Origin: Macrostomum lignano
Lineage: Eukaryota
Length of the DNA stretch: 54,266 bases
Assembly (NCBI GenBank): GCA_002269645.1
Contig: NIVC01000431.1
Location: 1-54,266 of the forward strand
Direction: 5' to 3'
The position numbers and the translations under genes were made by a program. Positions 33,601 through 52,123 of this stretch are shown piece by piece. Every line of letters starts with the position of its first letter. The stretch's first letter is position 1. Under the pieces are notes generated by a model, which saw only the letters and a list, made by a program, of their open reading frames with translations, did not search any database and had not been told where the DNA came from.

Positions 33601-34733
33601 TAAAAAGACAGACTGCAACTGTGGAAGATGTGGTCTGTGAAACAAGTGCCGAATAGGAGAATTGTAGGCTCTTATTGGGAGACCCGTTGTGTCTCTATAT
33701 TTCTAGGAAGGCTACCAGCATTTTCGAGATTAAGCAGAACTGACTGCGGTTAGTACAAAGGCACTATTAAATTAATAATTAGTATTAATTGGAATCCTGA
33801 CCTCTTGGTCATGTAGTTGTTGACATTGTCAATTCGGCCGCCAGTTCGCATAATCATGGACATCTTCTCCAGCAGGATCCGGTTGTCGCGTTCAATAATG
33901 GCCAGCCGCTCCTCTTCTAGTTGAAGTTTCTTCGGCTTCAGGTGCAGATGGATGTAGGTCTGCGGCGGCTTGGTGTCCACCATGGCTTTCACGCGCTTCA
34001 ACTGTGCGCATGAGGCGGGTTTAGGAATTATGAATGCAAGCCTTTTAGTTTGAAATGCTGTTTCTCTTACAGTAAAAATGAATAGATATTATTTGCAAAC
34101 CTTTTTTGCTTCTAAGTTTGGCGTCGCATAAGACTATAAAACAATTGAAAATCGGACTCAACACCATTTAAAGACTTCGGTAAATAATGGAAAAAATAGT
34201 ACACTGTGAATCACAAAATACTAAAACAGCTTCTAAGCCCAAAAGGTCCTGCACATTATTTTAGGCTTTTTATGACTTACTTACTAGTCTATTATTATTT
34301 TTTTCTGTTGTAAAAGTGAAAAAGTAAAATCAGTTACTTATTAAGAATAAATATACAATTAAATAAATTTCACCGTTGAATTTACAAAAAATGATTGAGT
34401 TTTAGAAAACATTTTCTTTAACATTTACTAACATTTACTAGCCTAAATATTAATTTTTATACAACTCAACAACAAGTGATAAAAATGACTCGGAAACATA
34501 TGATTATATAGTTGTGCACGCAAAAAAGTCGTTTTATTAAAAAAAAGTTTAAAATGTGTTGGTTTACTAGCTTTGACTCGTGTTTTTATTCTTAAAGTTC
34601 TGTTTCTTGGCTCTATCCAAACAAATTTATTTACCTCTTCTCTGTGACGTTTGTATGCAGCTTCATCATACTGCATCTGCAGCAGACGATTTTGGCAGGG
34701 AAGAACAGAATAATAGTAACGATGACGCTGCAT
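30676..34733 (-). CDS. CFAP97D2: CFAP97 / KIAA1430 (hemingway) domain protein, CFAP97D2-like, ~209 aa
   Basis: Exons 34733-34635, 34001-33802, 33353-33173, 30825-30676; phases 0,2,0; 630 nt. Motifs VDTKPPQTYIHLHLKPKKLQLEEERLAIIERDNRILLEKM and SLNRSKRQRELLRVTRENKAMMERI. The family is secure; the exact orthologue is less so. Confidence 0.85.
31085..31260. repeat. Minisatellite, 17-bp unit GACTTGGGTGTGTGACA
   Basis: About 8 units in CFAP97D2-like intron 3. Confidence 0.92.
31646..31660. promoter_or_regulatory. Candidate intronic X-box GTTACCATTGGCAAC
   Basis: Exact fit to GTNRCC(N0-3)RGYAAC; lies in CFAP97D2-like intron 3. Confidence 0.45.
31820..33050. repeat. Pyrimidine-rich minisatellite CCCTCTGCTGCCCTCTGTC(C)n
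   Basis: About 1.2 kb in CFAP97D2-like intron 3; explains ORFs 31693-33123 and 31805-32944. Confidence 0.96.
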
Positions 34734-36758
34734 TCTGAAGCACAGGCAACAACAAAGTTCAAAACACAACTAAAATACTTAAGCCCCGCTACTGCTCCTA
34801 AATTGCGACAAGCGTATAAGTTAAATTAGTGCTAAAATGCTGTCCATCGTTACGGAACGAATTTGTTATAATGCTCCGTAACTAAGCTTCAAAACTCACT
34901 CAGACTCTTGAATAATAAGGTTTTAATGAATTTAAGCAAAGAGCTAGTTTACATTATCTTCAAAATAGATATCACTTTATTTTCTGTTGTGACGTTTTTG
35001 AAATTTGTTAACTCATCTTTCCCGAGTCACAAATGCAAATGCTATCAAATGCGGTATTAGTATAGACCTCACTATTAGTATTCTACTCTGGCAAAAACTA
35101 TGAACGACGTGACTTGTTAATTGATCAGCAGATCAGGCTACAAGCTACGTTTCAGTTACTGTTTCTAGAATAAACGAAAAAACTCAAAATATTCAAACAG
35201 GGATCGTATGTATATGAATAACCCGAAGGTCTAACCCGAAGCCTGTGAGTCAGCATCAAAACATCATATATTCTTGAGACTTGAACTTTTTATAATAAAA
35301 AATTCTCTTTCTCACCACAATTAGCTAAATCAATTTAAGAGCATGAATGAAAGTTAAGGTGCGTTATAAAAAGCACACGCACAAAACTATAGCTAGCTAG
35401 TTGAAAGATAACTTCTAACTGATTGAGTCAATTGGTATTAGTGTATTTTGATAGCCAGGTCAAAAAAGCAGAAAAAACTGACTAAAAAACAAATTAAAAA
35501 TGTGGCAGTAGCTATCAACCGTGTACATTTGAATTATCAAAGCAGCACAGAACAACATCAAAATTGACAAAAAAATTAAAGGTATATAATTTATTATTTA
35601 CGTATCTGTGTACAAGATATACAGAAATTTATTACTATTACTTCTATTCAAGAAAATATACGATGAAAACTTCACACCTATCTAAAATTTCTGCCTGCAG
35701 TAGCAGCAAGCCTACTTGAAAAAGTACGCTAATTTAAAGTAAAGACAATTAAAAGGTTAATAAAATAGCCGACGAAAATAATCCATAAGCATCGCCCAGC
35801 CAAAAAACAACAGGCACAAAATTCACAAAAAGTATAAAATCGCTGACGTTTATCAAGACTGTTACATAAAGCATTGATCTAAAAAGATGTACGAAACACT
35901 TACATAACTAAAGCGCCTTTGTGGTCGCAAAATTTGTGATAAAAATTTTTACTAAATGAAAGTTGAATTACCTAAATTTATAGGATTAACAGAAATACAA
36001 TGCTGTAAAAGTTTTAAGTTCAAGTTCGTATGATGACGTAATCAAAAAGTAAAGAAGCGATAACTTTAAGCTATACTCATGTGCAACTGCTGAATTCTGC
36101 AACGAGCAGGATATAGCGAAACAGATTAACAATGAATCACAAATAAATTATAAACAGTTTCTAAAATTATCCTATAATTTATATTAAATAAGTCCATACA
36201 ATGTCGATTCACATTTGTCTCTTATGACAATAGCTAGCTACAAGATAAAAAAGCTATACAACAGTTGGTATATAATACTAATCCATATACTAAATTATAG
36301 CTAAAATCATACTAGATGCGAAATTGACACAAGAGTATAATTAAAACTAGATTTAGCAGCTATTGTATAAAAATCATGAATTATTCATTACTACAGCGGC
36401 ATCAGCATAAATGAATTATGAAATTTATAAAGTAACTAAATCTATTTAAAGAATCATAAATTTATAGTTTCTCTATTAAAATAACAGAAATCGAGCTTTG
36501 GCCCTTATAAAATGGCGACAGTGCCATGCAGCTTGCAGGCAATTTTCCCGAATCCACTGTCTCTGTGCAGCAATCCAAAGATAAAAGTACAGGACTTCGA
36601 TAGTAAAATGAAGCGAAGTTGTAAATAAAAAGATCAATTCGCATTTTATAGCTATTTTACCAGTAGTCTATGCAGTATATACGAGAGTCTTACAGAGACA
36701 ATTAATAACTGGAAATTCATGGGTCTACGGCAATCCACTGCCAAAAGTTTGACCACCG

Positions 36759-36990
36759 AACCTAACCCTAACCTAAACCCTAAACCTTAACCTAAAACCT
36801 TATTCTTCAATCCAAACTTGAAAGCTAACCTAACCCCAAACCTAAACCCTAAACTAAACCTAAATCTAAACCCCAACCCTTAACCCTAGTAGTAAACCCT
36901 AGATCTAACCACTAACCCTAAGCCCTAAACCTAAACCTAAAATCTAATTCCTAAACCCTATTCTAAAACCAAACCTAAACCCTAACCCAA
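36759..36990. repeat. Degenerate telomere-like (CCCTAA/CCTAAA)n tract
   Basis: AACCTAACCCTAACCTAAACCCTAAACC...; intergenic. Confidence 0.8.
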
Positions 36991-37314
36991 ATCACCGGCA
37001 GTCAGTTGTGGTGCTCCCAATTCTTTGTACATCATGACAAGATTTGTAACGCGATATTTCAGATTATCTTTAGATTTTATAATACTTCTAGTATATGGTG
37101 ATAGACGAATGTAAACTGGATAATCTGTTGCAATTGTCCAATGCCAGACTTGCTCGTCTCTCAATGGAGTTTCTCAGTCAGAAATGCGCGTGCTGTCTAT
37201 GGCCCAACCTGTTTTTACTCTATAGACTTTCAACTTCAGATTTCCGTTTCCTAACTCTGCATGACATACAGACAATGCTGAGCAAACTTTTGTTTACATG
37301 TAGTAGCTCAAGGC

Positions 37315-39972
37315 TTAAACAGGCGTAGCGGCTGACGTTCCAGCTGAGTTTGCAGTAGCAGTAGCCATCGAGCTGCCGCCGGCGCCGCCGTCAGCGCCTC
37401 GACAGGTCAGACTGACAGAGCGGACAAAGTGAAAATCGGCTGTGCGGCAGTGCGGACACGCCAGCGGCTGCGAGAATTGGGAAAACGCCGTCGGCAGATC
37501 GCCGGGCTCCGTGACCAGCGGTCGCCGGCAGTGGCTGCACAGAAGTCGCTCCGGGCAGCAGGGCGAACAGGCGAGTACGTCGAATGTGTAAATTCCGCCA
37601 ACTAGCAGGTGCGAGCCGTCCCAGGTGTGCTGACAGTAGCGGCAGCGACTATGCAACTGCGGCTGTCTGGTACGGCAGGCGCAGTGCAGACAGACGGCGT
37701 GCAGGAAGCCCTTTCCGCACGCGGGACCGTCCGAGCTCCGGTGCCGCACCGGGCTGAGAAAGAACGTCCCGTCAATGAGCGGGAAATGATCGTACACGGG
37801 CATCTGATGGCCGCAAAGGACGCAGGGAACTTGCGGACTCCTACAAGCAGTCAGCGTGGTGAGCACCAACGACTTAAGCTCGTCATTCTCGGTCGAGCTG
37901 TCGTCCTCAGTGACGATGTGGAATTTGTTCTGCTTGCTCCTCGGCAGAACTTTCAAGCTGTCGAAGTTGTCCAGCCGGCGGCGGAATATGTTGCCGCGGT
38001 TGCGCAGCTGGTGCTGCAGGGCCGGCGCGGCGGGCGGCGGCTGTTGCGAGTAGACCAAGGAGGTGAATGGCACCGTTGAAGTCTCCGATCTTGTCGGGCT
38101 CAGACTGAACGCGGCGCCGAAGCCGCCGTGGCTTGACGAATTGCTGAGGTTCCGCAGTCTTTTATTAAGCATGTCTGTCGGACTGTTGTAGGAGCCGACG
38201 CCGCCGCCACCGCTGCTGCCCATGAGGTAGTAGCCATTGTTGGACCCAGCTGTCTGCTGTTGCCGTCTACGGCCGATCAACTGCGGCTGCGAGGCGGCGG
38301 TCGCAGATCCCGGATGCGAATGATCTCTCACCAGCTGGCCCTTGCCGCAGGGGCAACGGAGGAGCTTCTGTTGATCGCCACGAACCGACTGAGTTGGCGA
38401 CATTGCAGATGCAAACTTTTGATGACTGCCGCTGGCGGCTGAGCGCTCCCACCGGTTGAGACAGTCCAGATGGGCCCACAGAACTGCATTCGGTATTCAA
38501 AGTATTCTTGAATTATTCTTCTATTCTTCTATTCAAAGTATTCTGCCCATTTCGCAGTCACATACAAGCGAGCTATGCAATACTGTACGCAGGCACGCAC
38601 TCATGCACACGCTCACACAGGGTGTACAGCGTCCAGCTGACTGTCTAATCGTCAGGCATGTACACTCTCTGCAGATGTACGTGTTGCCTGTGGGTAATCT
38701 ACGGTATGGATGAGTTGCCTGTGGGTAATCTACGCTGTGGATGAGTTGTCTGTGGGTAAATCTACGATGTGGATGAGTTGTCTGTTGTTAAATCTACGAT
38801 ATGGATGAGTTGTCTATGGGTAATCTACGCTGTGGATAAGTTGTCTATGGGTAATCTACGATGTGTATAAGTTGTCTATGGGTAATCTACGCTGTGGATG
38901 AGTTGTCTATGGGTAATCTACGATGTGGATAAGTTGTCTATGGGTAATCTACGATGTGGATAAGTTGTCTATGGGTAATCTACGCTGTGGATGAGTTGTC
39001 TATGGGTAATCTACGATGTGGATAAGTTGTCTATGGGTAATCTACGCTGTGGATGAGTTGTCTATGGGTAATCTACGCTGTGGATGAGTTGTCTATGGGT
39101 AATCTACGATGTGGATAAGTTGTCTATGGGTAATCTACGATGTGGATAAGTTGTCTATGGGTAATCTACGCTGTGGATAAGTTGTCTATGGGTAATCTAC
39201 GCTGTGGATGAGTTGTCTATGGGTAATCTACGATGTGGATAAGTTGTCTATGGGTAATCTACGATGTGTATAAGTTGTCTATGGGTAATCTACGCTGTGG
39301 ATGAGTTGTCTATGGGTAATCTACGATGTGGATAAGTTGTCTATGGGTAATCTACGATGTGTATAAGTTGTCTATGGGTAATCTACGCTGTGGATGAGTT
39401 GTCTATGGGTAATCTACGATGTGGATGAGTTGTCTATGGGTAAATCTACGATGTGGATGAGTTGTCTGTGGGTAATCTACGCTGTGGATGAGTTGTCTAT
39501 GGGTAATCTACGCTGTGGATGAGTTGTCTATGGGTAATCTACGATGTAGATGAGTTGTCTATAGGTAATCTACGCTGTGGATGACTTGTCTGTGGGTAAT
39601 CTACGTCTAGTACCTAGTAGCGTAGAAATCAAGCCAATTGTATTTATCAAAGAAGAGCTCACCCTGACCGCAGGAGTGCCCCGAGCACACCAGTTTAACA
39701 GCGTCTTGACACTCCTCCGGATCCGAGATGACGGCCGAATTCTGTCTGGTCTGATTCGGCGGCAGCAGATGGGAATCGACGGAGTGCAGACAGCAGGTCA
39801 CACTGTTCAGTTGATGATTATGATAATGATGATGGTTGTGATGCTGATTGGTGTTCAGACCGTTCTCGACCGCCCTCTGAGCATCCTGCAGCTTGCCAGC
39901 TGGCCTGAATCGATAGGCTGTCATTCCCCCAGAGCCGCTGCTGTTGCTGCGAGGCTGCAGGGAGGTGGACAT
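37315..39972 (-). CDS. HECA: Headcase protein homologue, ~492 aa
   Basis: Exons 39972-39663 and 38483-37315 (phase 1; 1479 nt). Motifs VKLVCSGHSC, WAHLDCLNRWE, RCPCGKGQLVRD, CVLCGHQMPVYDHFPLIDGTFFLSP, CRYCQHTWDGSHL, YTFDVLACSPCC and CPHCRTADFHFVR. Confidence 0.92.
38565..38631 (-). repeat. Dispersed element, copy 3 (partial, inverted) in the headcase intron
   Basis: Reverse complement reads GCTGTACACCCTGTGTGAGCGTGTGCATGAGTGCGTGCCTGCGTACAGTATTG. Confidence 0.75.
38690..39605. repeat. Intronic minisatellite, 31-bp unit TGGGTAATCTACGCTGTGGATGAGTTGTCTA
   Basis: About 29 units in the headcase intron. Confidence 0.97.
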
Positions 39973-40599
39973 TGCCTCGGTGACTTTTGAGTAATCAGTA
40001 GATCAGTGACTGAAGTATGGTATGGAGGCAATGAAAAGGTCGTTGAAAACAAAGTTGCAGAGCCCGCTAAACGGCCGGAGACTTTCGGACGCGGCTTTTG
40101 TAAAAAACAGAGAAAGAGAGACAGACCGAAATGCGGTGCAGTTGTAGTTAGCCTGTGTGTGGCTCTTCGTCGAGGGGGGTGTGGGCGAAGCGACAGAGGG
40201 AGAGAGAGAGAGAGAGAGGGGTGAGAGGGGCAGTGTAGACTAGACAGAGTATTAAGAGCTCTAACCCGCCTGGCTCTCTCGCCTTCAGTGCACATTAGCA
40301 TTCAGTACAGCCGGCCTTGCCCACTGTCTTCATGAACTTTTAGTGCGCGCATGTGCATGGCCTGTCGTTGCTGTAGTGGGGGAGAGAAATGACGAGTGGA
40401 AGAGAAAAACAGCTCGTAGAGACGCAAAAATAGCCAAAAAGTGTACACTGTGTGTACGCAGACACAGCAGCGCTGTGTTCAATCCCGACTTCCTCGCTTC
40501 CTCCAACGATTGCACTAAAAGCTACTTCGGTACACGCAATAAGGGAAGGCGCGTGACAATTCATAAGGACATATGAACTAGTGGGGATACATAGATGAC

Positions 40600-41435
<836 letters not shown>

Positions 41436-42054
41436 AGACGCCCGTTGAGATGACAAGAAAGATGCAACTGAAAATTACTTCAAAGGCAGGCCAAATGAAA
41501 GCCAAATGCCCCAATTACAGGGGGACTCGCGGCAAGAGGTCCCATGTCCTCATTATCCAGGTCTGCCATCAAAAACTTCAACTGATAATTTCAGGTTGTG
41601 TCTGCCGGTGGCCCGCACCATCCATGTACTTGTCTATCATGCAGGTTGACTCTATGATGAGAAAATTGCAGTCCCTGCTGAGCTCTCCGCTGCTTTTGCA
41701 GCGCCATCTGTCTGATCCGACTGAAGAAGTTTGAACGAAACGGTGCACTATATGAGGTCAATTGAGACAGCTGTGAAGCTGGATAATTTCTCAATCTTTC
41801 TCTCCATCTGTCTTCTAAGCCTGTCATTCTAGAGTTAGTTGCTTCTCAGGAGTTTTCTAGTGACTTTCAGAGTCCTTTGCGGCTGAATTTCGAGTTTATA
41901 ATTTTTTTCTGAGAAAGTACCCGGCAAAAATCTTAATCGTTGCGGTGAATAAATTCAAAACACGCATTTAGTCTACTCTTAGTAGCACGAGTACAAGCTG
42001 TTTAGCTCTGTGTTATAATTAGCTGTCATTGATGGGAAAAAATTTAATTTAAGC

Positions 42055-42435
42055 AAACCTGGCGCGTCTCGTGATAAATCTGGCGCCTCTTGAAATTAAT
42101 CTGGCGTCATTTGGATAAATCTGGCGCCATTTGAGAGGAATCTAGCGCCACTTGAAAAAAATTTCATGGAAACAATCTGGCGCCACATGGAATAAATTTG
42201 GCGCCACATGGAATAAATCTGGCGCCACTTGGGAGAAATCTAGCACTACCCGAGATAAATCTGGCGCCTCTTGGGATAAATCTGGCGCCACTCGAGATAA
42301 ATCTGGCGCCACATGGAATAAACCTGGCGCACTAACTACGGGATCATACATCCATGGAGCCAATCGAGAAAAATCTGGCACTTGGGACAACTCTGGCGCC
42401 ATATGGAATAAATTTGGAATGAATCTGGCGCCACT
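42055..42435. repeat. Degenerate ~21-bp minisatellite with core AAATCTGGCGCC
   Basis: The core recurs more than 12 times. Confidence 0.85.
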
Positions 42436-43085
42436 TAGCATAAACATGGCGCCTTTCATATATATACATGTAGGTTCAGTTGACATTAAAACAGCGTTGC
42501 AAAAGCAGAAGTACTACAATATACTCGTACAGTACCTGATAAACAGTGGAACAGGTTGACTTCAGGTAAATATAAAAATGCAGTCAATAAGGTTTGCCCA
42601 AGGAAAACTACCTGATCAAAATGAGATATACCTCCATACCGCCATACACATGCAGGTATCTAAGCCTTTCTCTAATATTCAGAGACGAAAAGCAGTGTTC
42701 TCTACAGAACACTATTTTATAGAGGGTTATGCAAGCCCCAAACAAACCATTTATGAAATGAATTGTCCATTTTTCTCCATCAGCTACGAGCAAGCTCGTC
42801 TGCCTTGAGTTGAATTTTGTGTAAATCTTAAATAGAGCTTGCTGTGTCAAACGCTTGCTCATTTAGTGGCAAACCTCTCTTGCTGTTGGAGAGTATAAAA
42901 CCGTTAGAACTACAGGCTCAAAGCCTGGGAGAGAGGGGCTGCAGTCTTCGACTGTTTTTATATCTCTTTTTCTTATCTCTGTTTGAGCACCGAAGACTAT
43001 TAAGAGATTGAAATAAACACTGCTCATTTGTTTTTAAGTTTTTTATTATAAGGGTTTTATTATGGCATTACATACACTATTAGAC

Positions 43086-46000
43086 ATGCCGGAGCTTAAA
43101 AGAAGCTCGACCACTGTTGCTGCTGCTGCTGGCTGCTCAACTGACGGAAGAGGAGAGGAGTTGATCAGACGATCCATCACCAAGATGGACTGGTGAGTTG
43201 CTGAGTGGATGGAGGTGAGTTGCTGAGTGAATGGAGATGAGTTGCTGAGTGAATGGAGGTGAGTTACTGAGTGAATGGAGATGAGTTGCGGAGTGACTGG
43301 AGATGAGTTGCTGAGTGAATGGAGATGAGTTGCTGAGTGAATAGAGGTGAGTTGCTGAGTGAATGGAGATGAGTTGCTGAGTGTATGATGGCGAGTTGCT
43401 GAGTGAATGGATATGAGTTGCTGAGTGAATGGAGATGAGTTGCTGAGTGAATAGAGGTGAGTTGCTGAGTGAATGGAGATGAGTTACTGAGTGAATAGAT
43501 ATGAGTTGCTGAGTGAATGGATATGAGTTGCTGAGTGAATGGAGATGAGTTGCTGAGTGAATAGAGGTGAGTTGCTGAGTGAATGGAGATGAGTTGCTGA
43601 GTGAATGGAGGTGAGTTGCTGAGTGGATGGAGGTGAGTTGCTGAGTGAATGGAGGTGAGTTGCTGAGTGTATGATGGTGAGTTGCTGAGTGAATGGAGGT
43701 GAGTTGCTGATTGAATGGAGTTGAGTTTCTGAGTGGATGATGGCGATCGAGACGCCAGGTAGATACTGAAGAGATATTGAGTGAACAGCTGTGAGATACT
43801 GAGCTGATAGCGGTGACGATGCTGAGTAGATGGTGCTTAGATGCTGAGCATCAGAGTCTTATAGATTATATTTTTGTATCAATGTGGCGGTATTGGCCAG
43901 CGCTAGCGCATACAAGCCTTGATAATCACAACACACGGAAGTTTTTGCACTGAGACGTCAAGAAGCCTCACCTATGAGAGCAGCTCAGCTTAATTAAGTT
44001 TAATAAAAAATGATGGAGACGGACTCACAACTGACGGTTGTGTAGAGGACCTGCAGTGGGTGGGCTCTATAGGTTCTTAGTTACAATAGCACTTGTGACG
44101 CCTTAGGCCTGCTCAAAGCTGCACTGACGGACTGAACCGGTCAATACCAATTGTTGGCGGGGGAGCTTGGGAAGGATTTGCCTCATGGGAATTAACTGTA
44201 CAGTGTACTCTCCCGTCTTCCAGTCTCACCTCATCCAATATAGAGCCTCATCATTGGTATGCGCGCGCTCACGTTTAAAGTTAAGACACGCAAGTCCGCG
44301 AGTCAGTCAGTAAGGCATTAAAATCATTATAGCTACTATAAGCCAAGCTGGTACGCGGCTAGTTGACTGTATTGTATAGATAAGTGTAACGATAATTACA
44401 TTACGCATCTCTACTATCAATAGTTAAGTAGCCTACAGTTTATTTGTTACCCGACCAGCTCCCGGTAGATTAAGGCTTTTGTTGAACCAATCTAAAGAGA
44501 GGTTGTGCAGTTGCTTCCGGAGTTGAAGGCGGAGAGGCGGAGGCGGAGGTAGAGGAGGACCCAGACAATCTGTCCGGCCCGCCTCTTCTGTCAAGAGCAA
44601 CGCCGCTAAGGTATTTAAACTCAAACTGAGCCAGAATTTCGACATGACCAATCCGCAAGCAAGACCTGTCACTGATACTGATAACATCAACAATACTAGT
44701 AGCAGCACTGGTTCGTTTCTGCAGTATCTAGTCGAGCTATTCGACTTTGAGGAGACCGACCGGCTGTTAGTTGAGTGCGAAAGGCAGTGAGTAACAACGA
44801 CATAAGGCTTGTTGTCGTGTGATTCGCGATCATGTCACGCTCACGAGCGTGAAGCATTCAAGACACTGTGCGAGTTTTACACCTCCGTGCGTGCTATTCT
44901 CAAGGACTATACTTAGAAGGATGGGAAACTACACTTCTTTTTTAACTTTAGGAGACACTTTCATTTTTTGTGACACAGTCATTAAGCTAAGAATGATATA
45001 TACTAAACAAATACAAAATCGACACTTTCAGAGTGTGCAGTAAATTCTAGCTCAGCATTGTCTTTAGTGATACAGAGTTGGTCTGGGTGTGGAGGGATTG
45101 GGAAGAGCGGAGGGCGAAGATTTGATGGACTGAAGCTTTCGCCCGGTTTTCATTGCTTTTTCAAGCACTTTTTTCATATCAAAATGATTGGCCAGGTGAT
45201 AAACGCTGGTTGAAAGACACTGCTCCCTGGGGCAAAAGCTGGCGACTTTTCAATGTTCCTGCAGGGAGTATAGATTCATAAAACCAATGAGTCGACCCTG
45301 TGCCGTTTTTATGCTCGTACGTAGGATTTAAAATTCACATAGAATCCTAAGTTTCTAAACGAAAAGCATTATGAATATCAATAGAGCTGTGAGTAAGGCA
45401 ACACATCAAAGAAATGAACATTGGGTCTTCCTCCTAGTAAACCTAAATTTTTCCAAGAAACGTATAGTTTCGCGTCCTTCTACTTTAGTAGTCCTTGATC
45501 TTTTTCTGCAAGGTGGGTGCTAAAGTGAGTCGACGGATTAAGCACAACTGCACCAAAGTACAAGACACGAAGTAGACAAGTGAATTTGCGGCATCAAAGT
45601 ATTTTGGATAATTAAAAAAAATTTGAAAATTTGAAATTTCACCCCGCAACAATCGCAGGCTGAGCACTGCCCGGCTGACTCTGCAGCTCAACGAAGAGGA
45701 GCGACGCCGAGCTGCCTGTCTCGGCAAGCTGCAGTACCTGCAGACCCGGCTGAGAGCATTCGAGCAGCGGAATCAGCTTCATCAGCAACATACTGAGCCT
45801 TCGATATCGGCTCAACCTCCAACGCCGTCTTCGTGTCAATCAACACAAAAGCCGCAGCACCAGCAGCAACCGGAGCTGCTGAGATCAGCCACAGGAATGC
45901 GCCTGACTCCCAGCACGCATCTGCTAGCCCAGCAGGAGCGCGATCGGGATATTCAACAGCGCCGTCGTCGTCGGGTTGGTCGCCAGCTACCGTCGACGAT

Positions 46001-46547
46001 GAACGGCGCGCCGCTACTCGGCCGGTCGCTGCAGCAGGCGGCCGCCGCTGGCAATGAGAGGTCGGTCAACTCAGCAGCTGGCGAAGCTTCGCTGCCAGCA
46101 CAGACTCCCGAGATCGCTGCCAGCCGACAACAAGCTGCTCTGCCACCTCCGGCGCCGCCGCCGCCTCCTCCTCCGGCGACAACGCCGCAACCGCCGCCGC
46201 TGCCAGAGTCAGTGACCCGATCTGCCGGCTTCTACAAGCTGGGCTTCGCGCCTGGCGAACGGGGCGCCGCGGCGCCGCCTCTCGATGGTCGGCTGGACGG
46301 CCAACGGGCCAGCCTGCAGCGACAGCGGCAACGGCATCGAAGGAACGGCGGGGACAGTGGCGGCGGCTCTTCCTACCTGGACGGTCAAGCGAAGCGATTC
46401 CTGAAGGTGACAGCCTCGTCATCGGGACACCAGCATCAGCAGAGGCAGCCGCCGGATTCAATTGCCGTTCGGCTGGCAATGCGAGACTACGAGCGCACCT
46501 TCCTGCAGCCGCGGAATCCGGTCAACTCGCCTGAACCGGACGCTTAA
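43086..46547 (+). CDS. Uncharacterised multi-exon gene (short coiled coil plus Pro/Gln/Ala-rich tail); 5' structure uncertain
   Basis: Exons 44725-44786 (YLVELFDFEETDRLLVECER) and 45659-46547 join in phase 2 with good splice sites. Exon 43086-43192 (ATG, GTGAGT donor) is tentative, and I could not resolve the linking exon(s) near 44440-44610. Confidence 0.5.
43193..43745. repeat. Minisatellite, 22-bp unit GTGAGTTGCTGAGTGAATGGAG, starting at a splice donor
   Basis: About 25 units beginning exactly at CTG|GTGAGT (43193). Confidence 0.95.
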
Positions 46548-47068
46548 ACGACACAGCATTGCTTGAATCCTTTCGTATATGTTTATCAATGGCCTTACTC
46601 TACTTTTCAAAACAAAAAAATATTTGACAGTTATTTAGAATCTGGAGCTGATTAATTATACTCTGCATATATATTTAAGTATGAGCAGTACAAGTGTTTT
46701 AGAATTAGAAGATAGAAGAGAAAAAGAATGAACTTAGTGTATTCAGTAATAAAAATTAGGCAAAGCCAATTCAAATAATATACATCAGATGGCGGGAGCT
46801 TACTTACTAACTATTAGTAGAGCAAATTTGATAGCATAGTGTAAATATTGTGTCAAATAATCGGTATCACTTTTAGATTTCAGTCTTTTTATAAGATATA
46901 TAGAATTTTAGGTCAACCAGTGTCCAATTTTTGTTTTCGTCTTGCTTAATAACTGACGGCTTGAATGTACAGTCATTCAAATGTACATTCGCGGGGGTAG
47001 GAGTGAAGGAGAGTGGGATAGATGGGTAGAAAGTCAGAGAGCGAAGGCTCAGCCAATCAAAACGCGCC

Positions 47069-52123
<5,055 letters not shown>

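Noticed and set aside
37290-37320. Drosophila-style stop-codon readthrough of headcase
   Set aside because: The TAA is followed by only five codons before another in-frame TAA.
42142-42559. KSGATWD heptad-repeat ORF as a repeat protein
   Set aside because: Fully explained by a 21-bp minisatellite; AT-rich non-coding-like flanks, and the opposite strand is equally open.
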